A DNA stretch of 64,000 bases from the NCBI GenBank assembly GCA_965363765.1, contig CBDTUI010000003.1, positions 1,103 to 65,102 of the forward strand, read 5' to 3'. A model generated the notes under the pieces. That model saw only the letters and a list, made by a program, of their open reading frames with translations, was not told the origin of the DNA and ran no database searches. The translations under genes were made by a program, and so were the position numbers. This DNA is from an uncultured Acidimicrobiia bacterium. Lineage in GTDB: Bacteria > Actinomycetota > Acidimicrobiia > Spongiisociales > JAENVV01. Below, one piece after another: positions 27,410 through 40,295 of this stretch (its first letter is position 1; each line of letters starts with the position of its first letter).

Positions 27410-30400
27410 ATGAGTCCTTCCCTTCGCCCGCTCGTCGCCCGCTGGTCGGCCTATGAACTGAAACAGCTGCCAGACTGGTTCGCCATCGCCCCGGCCGGCC
27501 GCGCCTTTCTGCTTGCCGGACTCGCCGCCCATTCTCAGTCGCCGACCCTGGTCGTGGTCGCCGGCGAGCGCGAGGCTGAAGAGCTCGCCGATGATCTGGC
27601 TCTGTTCACGGACCAGACGTACCATCTTCCTGCCTGGGAGACGTTGCCGTTTGAACACGTCAGCCCCAACGTGAGCACCATGGCCCACCGGGCCAGAGCC
27701 GAATCGATTCTGACCGACGGGCAACCCGGCGATGTGGTGGTTGGTTCGGTCCGGGCCGTCATTCAGCGGCTTTCGCCAACTCGGCCCCGGCCATTTCGCA
27801 TCAGTCAAGGGGTCGAGGCCGGGTTTGATGTCTTAATCGCATGGCTGGCCGATACTGGCTATCAGGGCGTGAGCCGGGTTGAAAGTCGGGGCGAGTTTGC
27901 GGTGAGAGGTGGGATCATCGACATTTACGGGGCCGGGAGCACCCAACCGGTCCGCCTCGAGTTCTGGGGCGATGAGGTCGAATCCATCCGCGAGTTCGCG
28001 GTTTCGTCGCAACGATCTATGGGTTCGATCGATCGGGTCACCCTGCACGGCGCCCGTGAGTTTCGCACCGATCCGGAGATCCGGGCGAGGGCGGCCGAAC
28101 TCGTTTTCCAAGAACCGTGGGCCGCCCACGCCTGGGATCGGATCGCCGAGGGGGTCACGTTTCCCGGAATGGAATCATGGATGCCCTGGCTCGCCGAGCC
28201 AGACAGCATGCTCGTGAAAGCCCCAGGTCGGGTGTACGTTTTTGATCCGGTCCGTTGTATGAACCGGGCCAGCGAACTCATCGGCGAGGAAAGCGACCTC
28301 GCCGAAGCCCTCGCTCCGACTTGGGGGGCCGGGTCTCCTGAAGCAGGCGATCACCCTTCGCTCTACCTCGACCTTACCCACGAACTGACGCGGGTCAGAG
28401 GGACCGTGGTCCAGGCGCCTTCGTTGCCAACCGGTCCTTCCGATCAGGTCATTGAGGTCAGCGGGCTCGACGCCCAGCCGGGTGTAGCCGAATCGGTGGC
28501 GGCGGGATTGAAGCGTCTCACCGATCGGGAAATCATCACGGTGGTTGCCATGGACGGGGTAGCGGCGGCCGATCGGGTCGCTCGAATCCTCGGCGAAGAG
28601 GGGTTTGCCCTACCCCGCCGCGATGTCCTGGACACGGCGTCGGGAGCCATAACCTCCTTGGGTATCCACCAGGGTTTTGTGATGTCGGGTCCTGGAGTAG
28701 CGGTGGTCGGCGAACAGCAGATCGCCGGACGGCGTCGCGCCCACCGGCGGACTACCGCTCGGGCTGGGCAGGGCTCAGGACCGGGGTACCGGGATCTGAC
28801 TGTTGGTGACTACGTCGTGCATCATCGCCATGGCATCGGCCGTTTCGAAGGTCTCGTCACTCGCACCATCGCCGGTATCGAACGGGACTATCTCATCATC
28901 GCCTACGCCGGCGCTGACAAGCTGTATGTGCCGACCGATTCCCTCGCTGCCGTTCGTAAATACACTGGCGGGGAGGCCCCCCGGGTTTCGCGCATGGGTG
29001 GCGCTGACTGGGAAAAGACCAAGGGCAAGGTTCGCAAGGCTGTAGCGGCTATTGCCGAGAAGGTAGTGGACCTCCACCGCCGTCGAGCCGCCGCGGTCGG
29101 ACATGCGTTTGGCCCTGACACCCCCTGGGAACAGGAACTGGAAAACGCGTTCCCGTTTGAGGAAACACCCGATCAGCTGACGGCTATCGGCGACGTCAAA
29201 GCCGACATGGCTGAAGGTAGGCCCATGGATCGCCTCATCTTTGGCGATGTCGGATTTGGAAAGACCGAAGTTGCCATACGGGCGGCCTTCAAGGCGGCCG
29301 TATCGGGCAAACAGGCGGCAGTCCTCTGTCCAACCACGTTGCTTGCCCAGCAGCACTTTCAGACTTTCTCGGAGCGGTTCGATCCCTATCCCATCCGGGT
29401 CGAGGTGCTGAGCCGTTTCCTGACCACCGCCCAACAGCGGGTCGTGTTGGCTGGAATCGAGAGCGGCGAGGTTGATGTCGTCATTGGAACCCACCGTCTG
29501 CTGTCGCAGGACGTTACGTTCAAGAACCTCGGCCTGATGGTTGTCGATGAGGAACAGCGATTTGGTGTCGGTGCCAAGGATCGGCTGAAAGAGCTGAAAG
29601 TCGGTGTCGATGTCCTCACTCTGACAGCCACCCCGATTCCTCGCACGTTGGAAATGGCCCTCACTGGGGTCCGCGACGTAAGCCACATTCGGACTCCGCC
29701 GGTCGATCGGCACCCGATCCTCACCTACGTCGGTCCATACGACCGCATGTCGGTCTCGGCGGCCATTCGTCGGGAAATGCTCCGCGAGGGACAGATCTTT
29801 TATGTGCACAACCGGGTTCAATCCATTGATCGGGCCGTAGCTCAGCTGAGGAGCCTGGTCCCGGACGCCCGATACGCCGTCGCGCATGGTCAGATGTCGG
29901 AGGGGCAACTCGAGCAGGTCATGCTCGACTTCTGGAATCGAGAATATGACGTGCTCGTGGCGACCACCATCATCGAATCCGGTTTAGACCTGCCGCAGGT
30001 CAACACGTTGATCGTCGAACGAGCCGACCTGCTCGGACTCGCCCAGCTCTATCAGCTACGCGGGCGGGTCGGACGGTCCGATCAGCGGGCCTACGCCTAC
30101 CTCTTTCATCCAACCGATCAGATCATGTCTGAGGACGCTCACCGGCGACTTCAGGCCATCGGCGAGCACTCCGATCTTGGCTCTGGCTTCGATGTGGCGA
30201 TGCGTGATCTCGAGATCCGGGGAGCGGGGTCGATGCTCGGGGAGGTGCAATCGGGCCATATTTCTGCGGTGGGATTCGACACGTATGTCAACCTGGTTGC
30301 AGAAGCCGTCGGGGAACTCGAAGGGTTCAAGTCGGAGGCAAGCGACGATCCGCCTGAGGTACGGATTGATCTGCCCGTTGACGCCCATCTTCCCGATGAG

Positions 30401-30775
30401 TACATCGCCGATCAGGCTGCCCGGATCGAGGCCTACCGCCGCCTGGCGGCCACGTTGACCCCGGAGCAAGTCTCAGACGTGGCGGCCGAATGGACCGACC
30501 GTTACGGTGAGCTCCCCGCGAGCGGGGATTCCCTTATCGGGTTGGCCAGGCTTCGAACCGAAGCGATTCGGGTCGGGCTCACCGAAGTCGTCAAACTTCG
30601 AAACGAGATCAGAATGGGGCCAGTTGACCTGAGCGACTCCCAGGAGATTCGACTCCGTCGCCTTGCTCCGAAGTCGGTATTGCGAGCCTCAGAAGGAACG
30701 GTGTTCCTACCTGCGCCGCCCGATGGCAAAGTCGTCGAACAGTTGATCGCTTTTATCCAGTCAATGTGGGCGTAA
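27410..30775 (+). CDS. mfd: Transcription-repair coupling factor
   Basis: The 1121-aa product has a UvrB-homology N-region, a CarD/RNAP-interaction domain and a DEAD-box translocase (GDVGFGKTEVAIRAAF; VVDEEQRFGV; TATPIPRTL). Confidence 0.95.
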   Translation: MSPSLRPLVARWSAYELKQLPDWFAIAPAGRAFLLAGLAAHSQSPTLVVVAGEREAEELADDLALFTDQTYHLPAWETLPFEHVSPNVSTMAHRARAESILTDGQPGDVVVGSVRAVIQRLSPTRPRPFRISQGVEAGFDVLIAWLADTGYQGVSRVESRGEFAVRGGIIDIYGAGSTQPVRLEFWGDEVESIREFAVSSQRSMGSIDRVTLHGAREFRTDPEIRARAAELVFQEPWAAHAWDRIAEGVTFPGMESWMPWLAEPDSMLVKAPGRVYVFDPVRCMNRASELIGEESDLAEALAPTWGAGSPEAGDHPSLYLDLTHELTRVRGTVVQAPSLPTGPSDQVIEVSGLDAQPGVAESVAAGLKRLTDREIITVVAMDGVAAADRVARILGEEGFALPRRDVLDTASGAITSLGIHQGFVMSGPGVAVVGEQQIAGRRRAHRRTTARAGQGSGPGYRDLTVGDYVVHHRHGIGRFEGLVTRTIAGIERDYLIIAYAGADKLYVPTDSLAAVRKYTGGEAPRVSRMGGADWEKTKGKVRKAVAAIAEKVVDLHRRRAAAVGHAFGPDTPWEQELENAFPFEETPDQLTAIGDVKADMAEGRPMDRLIFGDVGFGKTEVAIRAAFKAAVSGKQAAVLCPTTLLAQQHFQTFSERFDPYPIRVEVLSRFLTTAQQRVVLAGIESGEVDVVIGTHRLLSQDVTFKNLGLMVVDEEQRFGVGAKDRLKELKVGVDVLTLTATPIPRTLEMALTGVRDVSHIRTPPVDRHPILTYVGPYDRMSVSAAIRREMLREGQIFYVHNRVQSIDRAVAQLRSLVPDARYAVAHGQMSEGQLEQVMLDFWNREYDVLVATTIIESGLDLPQVNTLIVERADLLGLAQLYQLRGRVGRSDQRAYAYLFHPTDQIMSEDAHRRLQAIGEHSDLGSGFDVAMRDLEIRGAGSMLGEVQSGHISAVGFDTYVNLVAEAVGELEGFKSEASDDPPEVRIDLPVDAHLPDEYIADQAARIEAYRRLAATLTPEQVSDVAAEWTDRYGELPASGDSLIGLARLRTEAIRVGLTEVVKLRNEIRMGPVDLSDSQEIRLRRLAPKSVLRASEGTVFLPAPPDGKVVEQLIAFIQSMWA

Positions 30776-30860
30776 CCGTTTCGTTTGGATGCGAACTAGT
30801 GCCTACCATGTAGGCGCAACATCGATTTAGTTCGAGTCAATTCAACTTTAAGGTGACTTC

Positions 30861-31778
30861 GTGAAACGTTCCATTGTTCTCGCTACCGTGCTCGCGCTTG
30901 TGGTCAGCGCCTGTAGCTCAGGGTCGGCTGCCGTCGTCAACGGCACCACCATCTCGACCTCCCAGGTCGCTGACCTTCTTACCGACCCTGCTGCTCCTGA
31001 TCAGACTGCGTTCAACGACATGCTGTATCAGGTCATCGTGGACCAGATCGTTACGAGTGCCGCCCAGGACCAGTTTGAGATTTCCGTTAGCGACGAAGAC
31101 GTCACTGGTGGAATCTCCGAAATTGAAGCTTCGTTGGCCGGACAGGGTGTCACTCTGGACGTAGCGCTCAGCGAGAACGGTTTCAGCGAAGCCGTGCTTC
31201 CGATGATCGTTCGTCAGGACCGCATCCAGACCCAGTTGACCGAGTACTTTGCCGGTCAGGCCGCCGAACCCACCGAGGAAGAAATCCAAACCGCATTCGA
31301 TTCGGGTTCCGCTCAGCTCACCGAGGTGTGTGCCCAGCATATTCTCGTTGAGACAGAGGCGGAGGCCCAGGCCGCCTACGACCGGGCGGTCGCAGGCGAA
31401 GACTTTGCTGCCCTCGCTACCGAGCTTTCCACTGGCCCTTCCGGGCCGGATGGCGGAGATTTGGGCTGTTCCTCCCCAGGCGGATACGTTGCACCATTTG
31501 CCGCAGCTGTTATGGAGGCCCCTCTCAACGAGCCATTCGGCCCCGTTGAAACGGAGTTCGGGTTCCACGTTATTCTGGTTTCTTCGCGGACCATTCCTGA
31601 GTTGTCGGAGTATCGCGACACTATCGCTGAGAACCTGAAGACGGCCAGCGCCGGGACGCTGCTCACCGAGTGGTACGTCAACGAGATCCGGTCCGCCGAC
31701 GTTCAGGTGGCCGACACCTATGGGGTGTGGACCCTTCCTGAAGACAACACGCAGCCGCCGACCATCGTGGCTCCCTGA
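30861..31778 (+). CDS. Secreted lipoprotein peptidyl-prolyl cis-trans isomerase (parvulin type, PrsA/SurA-like)
   Basis: A signal peptide with lipobox (LVVSACSS) is followed by a parvulin rotamase domain (CAQHILVETEAEAQAAYDRAVAGEDFAALA…GGDLGC…GFHVILV). Confidence 0.85.
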   Translation: MKRSIVLATVLALVVSACSSGSAAVVNGTTISTSQVADLLTDPAAPDQTAFNDMLYQVIVDQIVTSAAQDQFEISVSDEDVTGGISEIEASLAGQGVTLDVALSENGFSEAVLPMIVRQDRIQTQLTEYFAGQAAEPTEEEIQTAFDSGSAQLTEVCAQHILVETEAEAQAAYDRAVAGEDFAALATELSTGPSGPDGGDLGCSSPGGYVAPFAAAVMEAPLNEPFGPVETEFGFHVILVSSRTIPELSEYRDTIAENLKTASAGTLLTEWYVNEIRSADVQVADTYGVWTLPEDNTQPPTIVAP

Positions 31779-31779
31779 A

Positions 31780-34906
<3,127 letters not shown>

Positions 34907-34915
34907 GGTTTTGGC

Positions 34916-35455
34916 ATGACTGAGAACTTCAAAGGTCGCGACGCTGATGTGGCCGCTGCCCAGATCGAACGTCCTCTCCGCGCCGCCAGCGAACCGGTTG
35001 CCAGGTGTCCGCTAGGTCTCCCCACCGTGATTAGCGTCCCGCCGGTCCTCGATGACGGCACCCCGTTTCCGACCCGCTTCTGGCTCACTTGCCCGCTCGC
35101 CAACCGACGTATCGGGCGTTTGGAGGGAGCCGGGGGTGTCAAAGCGATGGAGCGAGCCCTTAACGAAGATCCGGGCCTGTCGGCAGCCATGACCGCCGCC
35201 CATGAGCGGTATGGAGCCGAACGTGACGCCCTCATCCCGATCGGTGCCAAGTACCACCCGACCGGGGGAGTGGCCGGGCTTACCGTCGGTGTGAAGTGCC
35301 TCCATGCCCACTACGCCGATCACGCAGCAGGCAATGACAATCCGGTCGGATCGCTTGTCGCTCCCTGGACCGAGCCGCTCGTGTGCGAGATCCCCTGCGT
35401 CGTCGAAGTCGACGGCGAGATGGTCCGCAACCCTGACTGGGTCGAACCAAAATGA
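34916..35455 (+). CDS. DUF501 domain protein
   Basis: The conserved actinobacterial eno–ftsB-like–DUF501–ppx synteny is present; the motif …FPTRFWLTCPLANRRIGRLEGAGGV… is seen. Confidence 0.7.
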   Translation: MTENFKGRDADVAAAQIERPLRAASEPVARCPLGLPTVISVPPVLDDGTPFPTRFWLTCPLANRRIGRLEGAGGVKAMERALNEDPGLSAAMTAAHERYGAERDALIPIGAKYHPTGGVAGLTVGVKCLHAHYADHAAGNDNPVGSLVAPWTEPLVCEIPCVVEVDGEMVRNPDWVEPK

Positions 35456-36345
35456 CCCGGGTCGCCGTCGGCGATATTGGGACGAACACCGCCCGACTAT
35501 TGGTCGCCGACGTCGTCGACGGTCGGGTGGACGAGATCGAGGTTCGTACCGAGGTGGTCGGCCTTGGCCGTGGTCTTCATGCCACCGGCACCCTCCAACC
35601 CGACGCGATCGATCGGGCGGTGGCAGCACTGAGTTCATTCGGTCCGGCCTTCGCAGCTGCCGAACACGCAGTCATCGTTGCCACCTCGGCATCGCGAGAC
35701 GCCGAGAACCGTGACGAGTTCTTCGACAGGGCCGAAGCCGCCTCAGGGGTGCGGCCAACGCTGATCACCGGAGAACAGGAAGCGGCTTACGCCTTCGCCG
35801 GAGCTGCACAAGCGGTGAATGGCGAGCGGATCACCGTGGTTGACATCGGCGGCGGGTCAACCGAGTTCGTGACGGGTCTTGATACCGTCGAGCAAGCCGT
35901 GAGCGTCGACGTCGGATCGGTTCGCCTGACCGACCTCCATCTTGGGCACGGGCCGGTGGCGGCCGAAGTGCTGGCTGCTGGACGATCCGTGGCCCGAGAG
36001 GCGGTTATGTCTGCCGATCTTCGTGACACTGGTCGTCCCATTGGTGTGGCAGGCACCTGCACCACGGTGGCCGGTACCCTGCTCGGGTTGACGCACCATG
36101 ATCGGGACCTGGTCCACCTTTCGTCTGTGACGCTTGAAGGCGTTCAGGATCTGATAGCCAGGTTGGCAGCGCTCCCCGTCGAAGGGATCGCCCGGATTGG
36201 AACCATCGGCGAAAAGCGAGCCCCGGTCATGCTCGGAGGGCTGCTGGTATTCGAAGCCGCCTTTCTGGCGTTGGGAGCCACCGACATGACGATCTCGGAA
36301 CGTGACCTTCTGCACGGCGCAGCGATAGCATTAGTGTCACCATGA
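35452..36345 (+). CDS. ppx: Ppx/GppA family exopolyphosphatase / guanosine pentaphosphate phosphohydrolase
   Basis: MTRVAVGDIGTNTARLLVADV… shows the ASKHA-fold Ppx/GppA N-terminus. The start overlaps the DUF501 stop (ATGA). Confidence 0.88.
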   Translation: MTRVAVGDIGTNTARLLVADVVDGRVDEIEVRTEVVGLGRGLHATGTLQPDAIDRAVAALSSFGPAFAAAEHAVIVATSASRDAENRDEFFDRAEAASGVRPTLITGEQEAAYAFAGAAQAVNGERITVVDIGGGSTEFVTGLDTVEQAVSVDVGSVRLTDLHLGHGPVAAEVLAAGRSVAREAVMSADLRDTGRPIGVAGTCTTVAGTLLGLTHHDRDLVHLSSVTLEGVQDLIARLAALPVEGIARIGTIGEKRAPVMLGGLLVFEAAFLALGATDMTISERDLLHGAAIALVSP

Positions 36346-36374
36346 CTCAGGTGCTGAATAAGCCCTGATACCTA

Positions 36375-36456
36375 GCCCCGGTGGCGGAATCGGCAGACGC
36401 AGTGGACTTAAAATCCACGGCCGCAAGGCGTGGGGGTTCAAGTCCCCCCCGGGGTA
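36375..36456 (+). tRNA. tRNA-Leu (anticodon TAA)
   Basis: The acceptor stem is gccccgg/ccggggt. The D-arm is tggcggaatcggcagacgc. The anticodon stem gtgga/tccac carries the loop ct-TAA-aa. A long variable arm (ggccgcaaggcgtg) marks a class II tRNA. The T-arm is ggggg-ttcaagt-ccccc, and no CCA is encoded. Confidence 0.85.
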
Positions 36457-36465
36457 CGACGATGA

Positions 36466-37011
36466 TCAGGCAGAATCCCTCACGATTCGCTCGATAGTGG
36501 TCCAGCTACGGCTCGTCATGCGCTGCCCGGTGACTTTCTGGATGCGTCCGCCCGGATCCTGCACTCGGCCATCGACCAGGCGGGTGACCGCGAAAACGTC
36601 GTTGCCTTCGATCACAATCGCCGCCCAATCGCCCCGGGTCGAAGTGCGCGGCACATCGGACGGCCAAACCACCCGATCTTTGGCGAAGCTGACCAAACGA
36701 TGTAGTGGATTGGGGAAGGGTGTGGCCGCAAAGAGATCGCGTGCGACGAGAGACTCGAGGTGCAGGACGGATCGTACGTAGACCCCTTCAGAGTGCCCAA
36801 TCACCTTGGCGACCTCGACTTCGGTCTGATCGATGATGGCATCGAGGTCGGCGGTGTCGGCGTCGAAGGTGATGTTGCCCGTCGAAATGTATGAGCGAGC
36901 CGCTCGGCCGCCAGCCCGTTCGACAATGTCGAGCAGAACCTGCCGATGCAGGCCTTCTCGACCGATCATCACATTGCGAACAAAGGCCGCCTGTCGTGGC
37001 ATACGAGCCAT
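36466..37011 (-). CDS. DUF1697 family protein
   Basis: The C-terminal 180 aa of the annotated ORF (MARMPRQAAFVRNVMIGREGLHRQVLLDIVERAGG…) have the DUF1697 pattern. The upstream part of the 315-aa ORF is a low-complexity Arg/Gly-rich extension that is unlikely to be coding. Confidence 0.6.
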   Translation of the reverse strand: MARMPRQAAFVRNVMIGREGLHRQVLLDIVERAGGRAARSYISTGNITFDADTADLDAIIDQTEVEVAKVIGHSEGVYVRSVLHLESLVARDLFAATPFPNPLHRLVSFAKDRVVWPSDVPRTSTRGDWAAIVIEGNDVFAVTRLVDGRVQDPGGRIQKVTGQRMTSRSWTTIERIVRDSA

Positions 37012-37065
37012 TCTTCCAAAAGCTTGTGTCCTGGTGGCCAATCTTCGCATATCCTTGGGAAGACG

Positions 37066-37737
37066 ATGAGAGGGAGCGCATTGACTCGTAACACCATCCA
37101 AACGTTGGTGATCGGAGCCGTCGTTCTTTCCGCCTGTCTCGGGAACGACGCCGGCACGATTGACACCGGACCCGCTCGTGCCGATGGGGCGGCGGGCATG
37201 ATCCAGTGGGATGATCGAGATCACATCGCCGACCTGGGCGGCGGGTGGACGGTCCAGGCTTGCGGAGGGGACAGTCCGTTGATGTGCGTCGACCGTGACG
37301 GTAGTCCGGTCGGCACCATCGAAGCTATCCGCTCCCCGATCTCGTCTTTTGACAGCCTGGACCAGGCCGCTGGCGACGACATTAACTTGCTCGCTTTCGC
37401 CAAAGCGTTCCACGAAGCCGTCGCCGCTGATCGGGCGGCCGGTTGTGGGGCTGACTACGGCTTTGAAAAGCTCGGACCAGACGAGTTCACGCTTGGTGGT
37501 GGTTCGGGCGTTTTCTATGGATTTGTTGGCAACTTGCCAGACGGTGCGCCGTCAGAACTAAACCAGCAATATGCCGCGATCGTGGGGGATCAGGTGGTGG
37601 CGATCACTGCCGTTGCCTACGACGAGGGCGGCTGCCCGGGACGCGACGATGCGAGCAGTTGGGATTCGCTGTCGCTATCCGAATTCCGGCCGTTCCTTGA
37701 ACGGGCGCTCCACGACTCGCCGTTGCCATCCGAATAG
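37066..37737 (+). CDS. Hypothetical lipoprotein
   Basis: The start is moved to MRGSALTRNTIQTLVIGAVVLSACLG…, a signal peptide with an LSAC lipobox. There is no identifiable domain. Confidence 0.55.
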   Translation: MRGSALTRNTIQTLVIGAVVLSACLGNDAGTIDTGPARADGAAGMIQWDDRDHIADLGGGWTVQACGGDSPLMCVDRDGSPVGTIEAIRSPISSFDSLDQAAGDDINLLAFAKAFHEAVAADRAAGCGADYGFEKLGPDEFTLGGGSGVFYGFVGNLPDGAPSELNQQYAAIVGDQVVAITAVAYDEGGCPGRDDASSWDSLSLSEFRPFLERALHDSPLPSE

Positions 37738-37769
37738 CTCCGTGGCGCGGGCGTTATTAGGCTCGCCGA

Positions 37770-39515
37770 ATGGATGCACCGCTCACCGATAGTCGCCGTT
37801 CGTTTGTCGGGGCGAATACCATCCTGGCTGGCTACGAGAATTACGTCGCCCGCTTTCGAGTCATTACCTCGAGGTCCGAGGTTCGGTTTCTCGGACGCGA
37901 TTGGCATGGCATGCAGTCAGATGCGGCGGAACGTCTCGGGTTGTACCGGGCGGTGGTCGATGAAGTGCACGCCGACGTGGTCGCCATGCTCGACGACCGC
38001 ATGGAAGACCAGGCGATCTGGGCTTCTATCAAGGCGGTCTTTTCAGCCTTGATTTCGGACCGAGACGACTGGGATATCGCCGAGACATTCTTCAATTCGA
38101 TAACCCGGAGAGTGTTCACCACCGTTGGGGTAGATCAGGCAATCGAGTTCGTCGACACGGACTTCAACACGCCACCGACCCGTTCGTCCGAACCCGTTTT
38201 CCTGGCCCTCGGGCGGGCCGAGTCGGTTGGCGCGATGGTGAACATGATCTTCGATCACTGTCCGCTCAAGCTGGAAGACCGGCCGCGAGACCTCGCCGCA
38301 GTGAGCGACCGGATCGAGAGCCGACTTGAACAAGTTGGCGCGCTGATGAGCCTCGATGGGGCCGAACTCGTCCGGTCGATTTTTTATCGCGGGCAGGCCG
38401 CTTATCTGGTGGCCCGGCTCCACTCCGGATCCCACTCGATCCCGCTCGTGATCGCTTTCACCCATGAGGACGACGGTATCGCCGTCGACGCGGTGCTCAC
38501 GCAGGAGCATGAAGTATCGATCCTGTTCTCGTTTACCCGATCGTATTTTCTGGTCGATGTTGCCAGACCCTATGACCTGGTCCGGTTTCTCAAACGGCTC
38601 ATGCCTCGCAAGCGAGTCGCGGAGATCTACATTGCGATCGGGAACAACAAACACGGTAAAACCGAGCTGTACCGTGACCTACGCCGGCACCTCGCTTCGA
38701 CTGACGAGCAGTTCGAAATCGCCAGAGGAACCAAAGGCCTAGTGATGATCGTGTTCACCATGCCTGGCTTTGACGATGCGTTCAAGATCATCCGCGACAA
38801 GTTTCCTCCCCAAAAGCGCACCACCCGCCGGGCGATCATGGCCAAGTATCGGATGGTGTTCCAACACGACCGGGCCGGGCGACTGGTCGATGCCCAGGAC
38901 TTCCAGTACCTTGAGATCGCTCGCTCGCGTTTTTCCGAACCGCTCCTCGCCGAGTTCGCCGCCGATGCCGTCGATACGGTCGACGTTCTTGAAGACAAAG
39001 TAGTGATAAAGCAGACATATGTGGAGCGGCGCGTTATCCCGCTCGATATCTACGTTCGCGAGGCAGGAGAGCGGGCAGCTGGGGCGGCCGTGCTTGACTT
39101 CGGCCGAGCAATCAAAGATCTGGCATCCACCAACATCTTTCCGGGCGACCTTCTGCTCAAGAACTTCGGAGTGACCCGTCACGGGCGAGTGGTGTTCTAC
39201 GACTACGACGAGCTACGGCCGCTAACCGATATGCGATTCAGAGAGATTCCCCCGTCACGCGACGATCATGACGAGATGTCCGCCGACGCCTGGTACAGCG
39301 TGGGGGACACCGACGTGTTTCCGGAGGAACACGAGCGATTCCTTGGCCTGTCGGCCGCGCTCAAAGCCGTCTTCCTTTCGGAACACGCCGACATGTTTTC
39401 CGCGGAGGCCTGGCAGAACATCCAGCGGTTGGTGGCAGGTGGTGAGCTTCTCCATGTCCTCCCATATGACGAGTCGGCCCGCCTCCCGGATCGTCCCCAT
39501 TGGGCCGGTTGGTGA
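37770..39515 (+). CDS. aceK: Bifunctional isocitrate dehydrogenase kinase/phosphatase
   Basis: The 581-aa product is colinear with E. coli AceK: [14 protein letters not shown] (Ec IAESFFNSVYCRLF); [13 protein letters not shown] (Ec IVFGFARSYFMVY); [19 protein letters not shown] (Ec AELYMAIGCQKHAKTESYR); [28 protein letters not shown] (Ec [28 protein letters not shown]). Confidence 0.9.
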   Translation: [581 protein letters not shown]

Positions 39516-39557
39516 AATCCGAGCTCAAGGTTGCCTGATCTGGGACAATGACCGGGC

Positions 39558-40295
39558 ATGAGCAACAAGTGGATCATCCGGGGACTTCTCATCGCGACCC
39601 TGGCGTTGGGCGCCTTCTACGGGTACGACAATTATGTCTCGCCGTTCCCCTCGACCCCCGACGTGGTGAGTTTCCTCGTTTCCGACGACGAAGTAATCGT
39701 CACGACCGAGCCTCGCCTCACTTTTGCTCCTGCTGACCGACAGCCAACCGTCGGAATGGTCTTCTACACGGGTGCCCGGGTAGACCCAGAGGCCTATGCC
39801 CCGATCGCCCGTCAGGTGGCCCGAGGTGGGGTGCTGGTGGTTGTCGTGAAGCACCCGTTCAACTTTGCCTTCTTTGGCGTATCGGAGGCAGGGGCTGTGT
39901 TGCTTGAGCATCCGGAGATCACGGCATGGGTGATGGCCGGTCACTCGCTGGGTGGTGCGATGGCGGCCGAATTCGCCGAACGCAATCAACGAATCTCGGG
40001 GTTAGTCCTGCTGGCCGCCTATCCGGGTGACTCGTCGAACCTGGCGTTCCGCAGCCTCCGTACCTTGGTTATCTACGGATCAGAAGACGGACTGGCCCAG
40101 CGGGCGGAGATCGAGCAAAAGGCCGCCGACCTCCTGCCGCCCAGTACCGAGCTTGAACTCATCCAGGGTGGCAACCATGCCCAGTTCGGAAGTTACGGCC
40201 CGCAGGCCGGTGACGGTGCTCCCACAATTACCCGGGACGAACAGCAAGCACTAACCGTCAAGGCCATTCTGGAATTCCTGCGTCCGAACCGTTGA
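39558..40295 (+). CDS. Alpha/beta hydrolase (membrane-anchored)
   Basis: An N-terminal TM/signal (WIIRGLLIATLALGAFYGY) and the nucleophile elbow AGHSLGG are present. Confidence 0.7.
   Translation: MSNKWIIRGLLIATLALGAFYGYDNYVSPFPSTPDVVSFLVSDDEVIVTTEPRLTFAPADRQPTVGMVFYTGARVDPEAYAPIARQVARGGVLVVVVKHPFNFAFFGVSEAGAVLLEHPEITAWVMAGHSLGGAMAAEFAERNQRISGLVLLAAYPGDSSNLAFRSLRTLVIYGSEDGLAQRAEIEQKAADLLPPSTELELIQGGNHAQFGSYGPQAGDGAPTITRDEQQALTVKAILEFLRPNR

Noticed and set aside
28775-29908. A 377-aa antisense ORF inside mfd, plus many similar ORFs of 60–200 aa inside aceE, guaA, pcrA, cimA and the men genes
   Set aside because: Long stop-free antisense frames are expected at this GC content. They have Arg/Pro/Ser/Gly-rich compositions and no motifs, and lie fully inside well-supported genes.
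36466-37413. The full 315-aa ORF as the DUF1697 gene
   Set aside because: The first ~135 residues are low-complexity Arg/Gly/Asp sequence overlapping the divergent lipoprotein promoter. The conserved DUF1697 part begins at the internal Met, near 37011.
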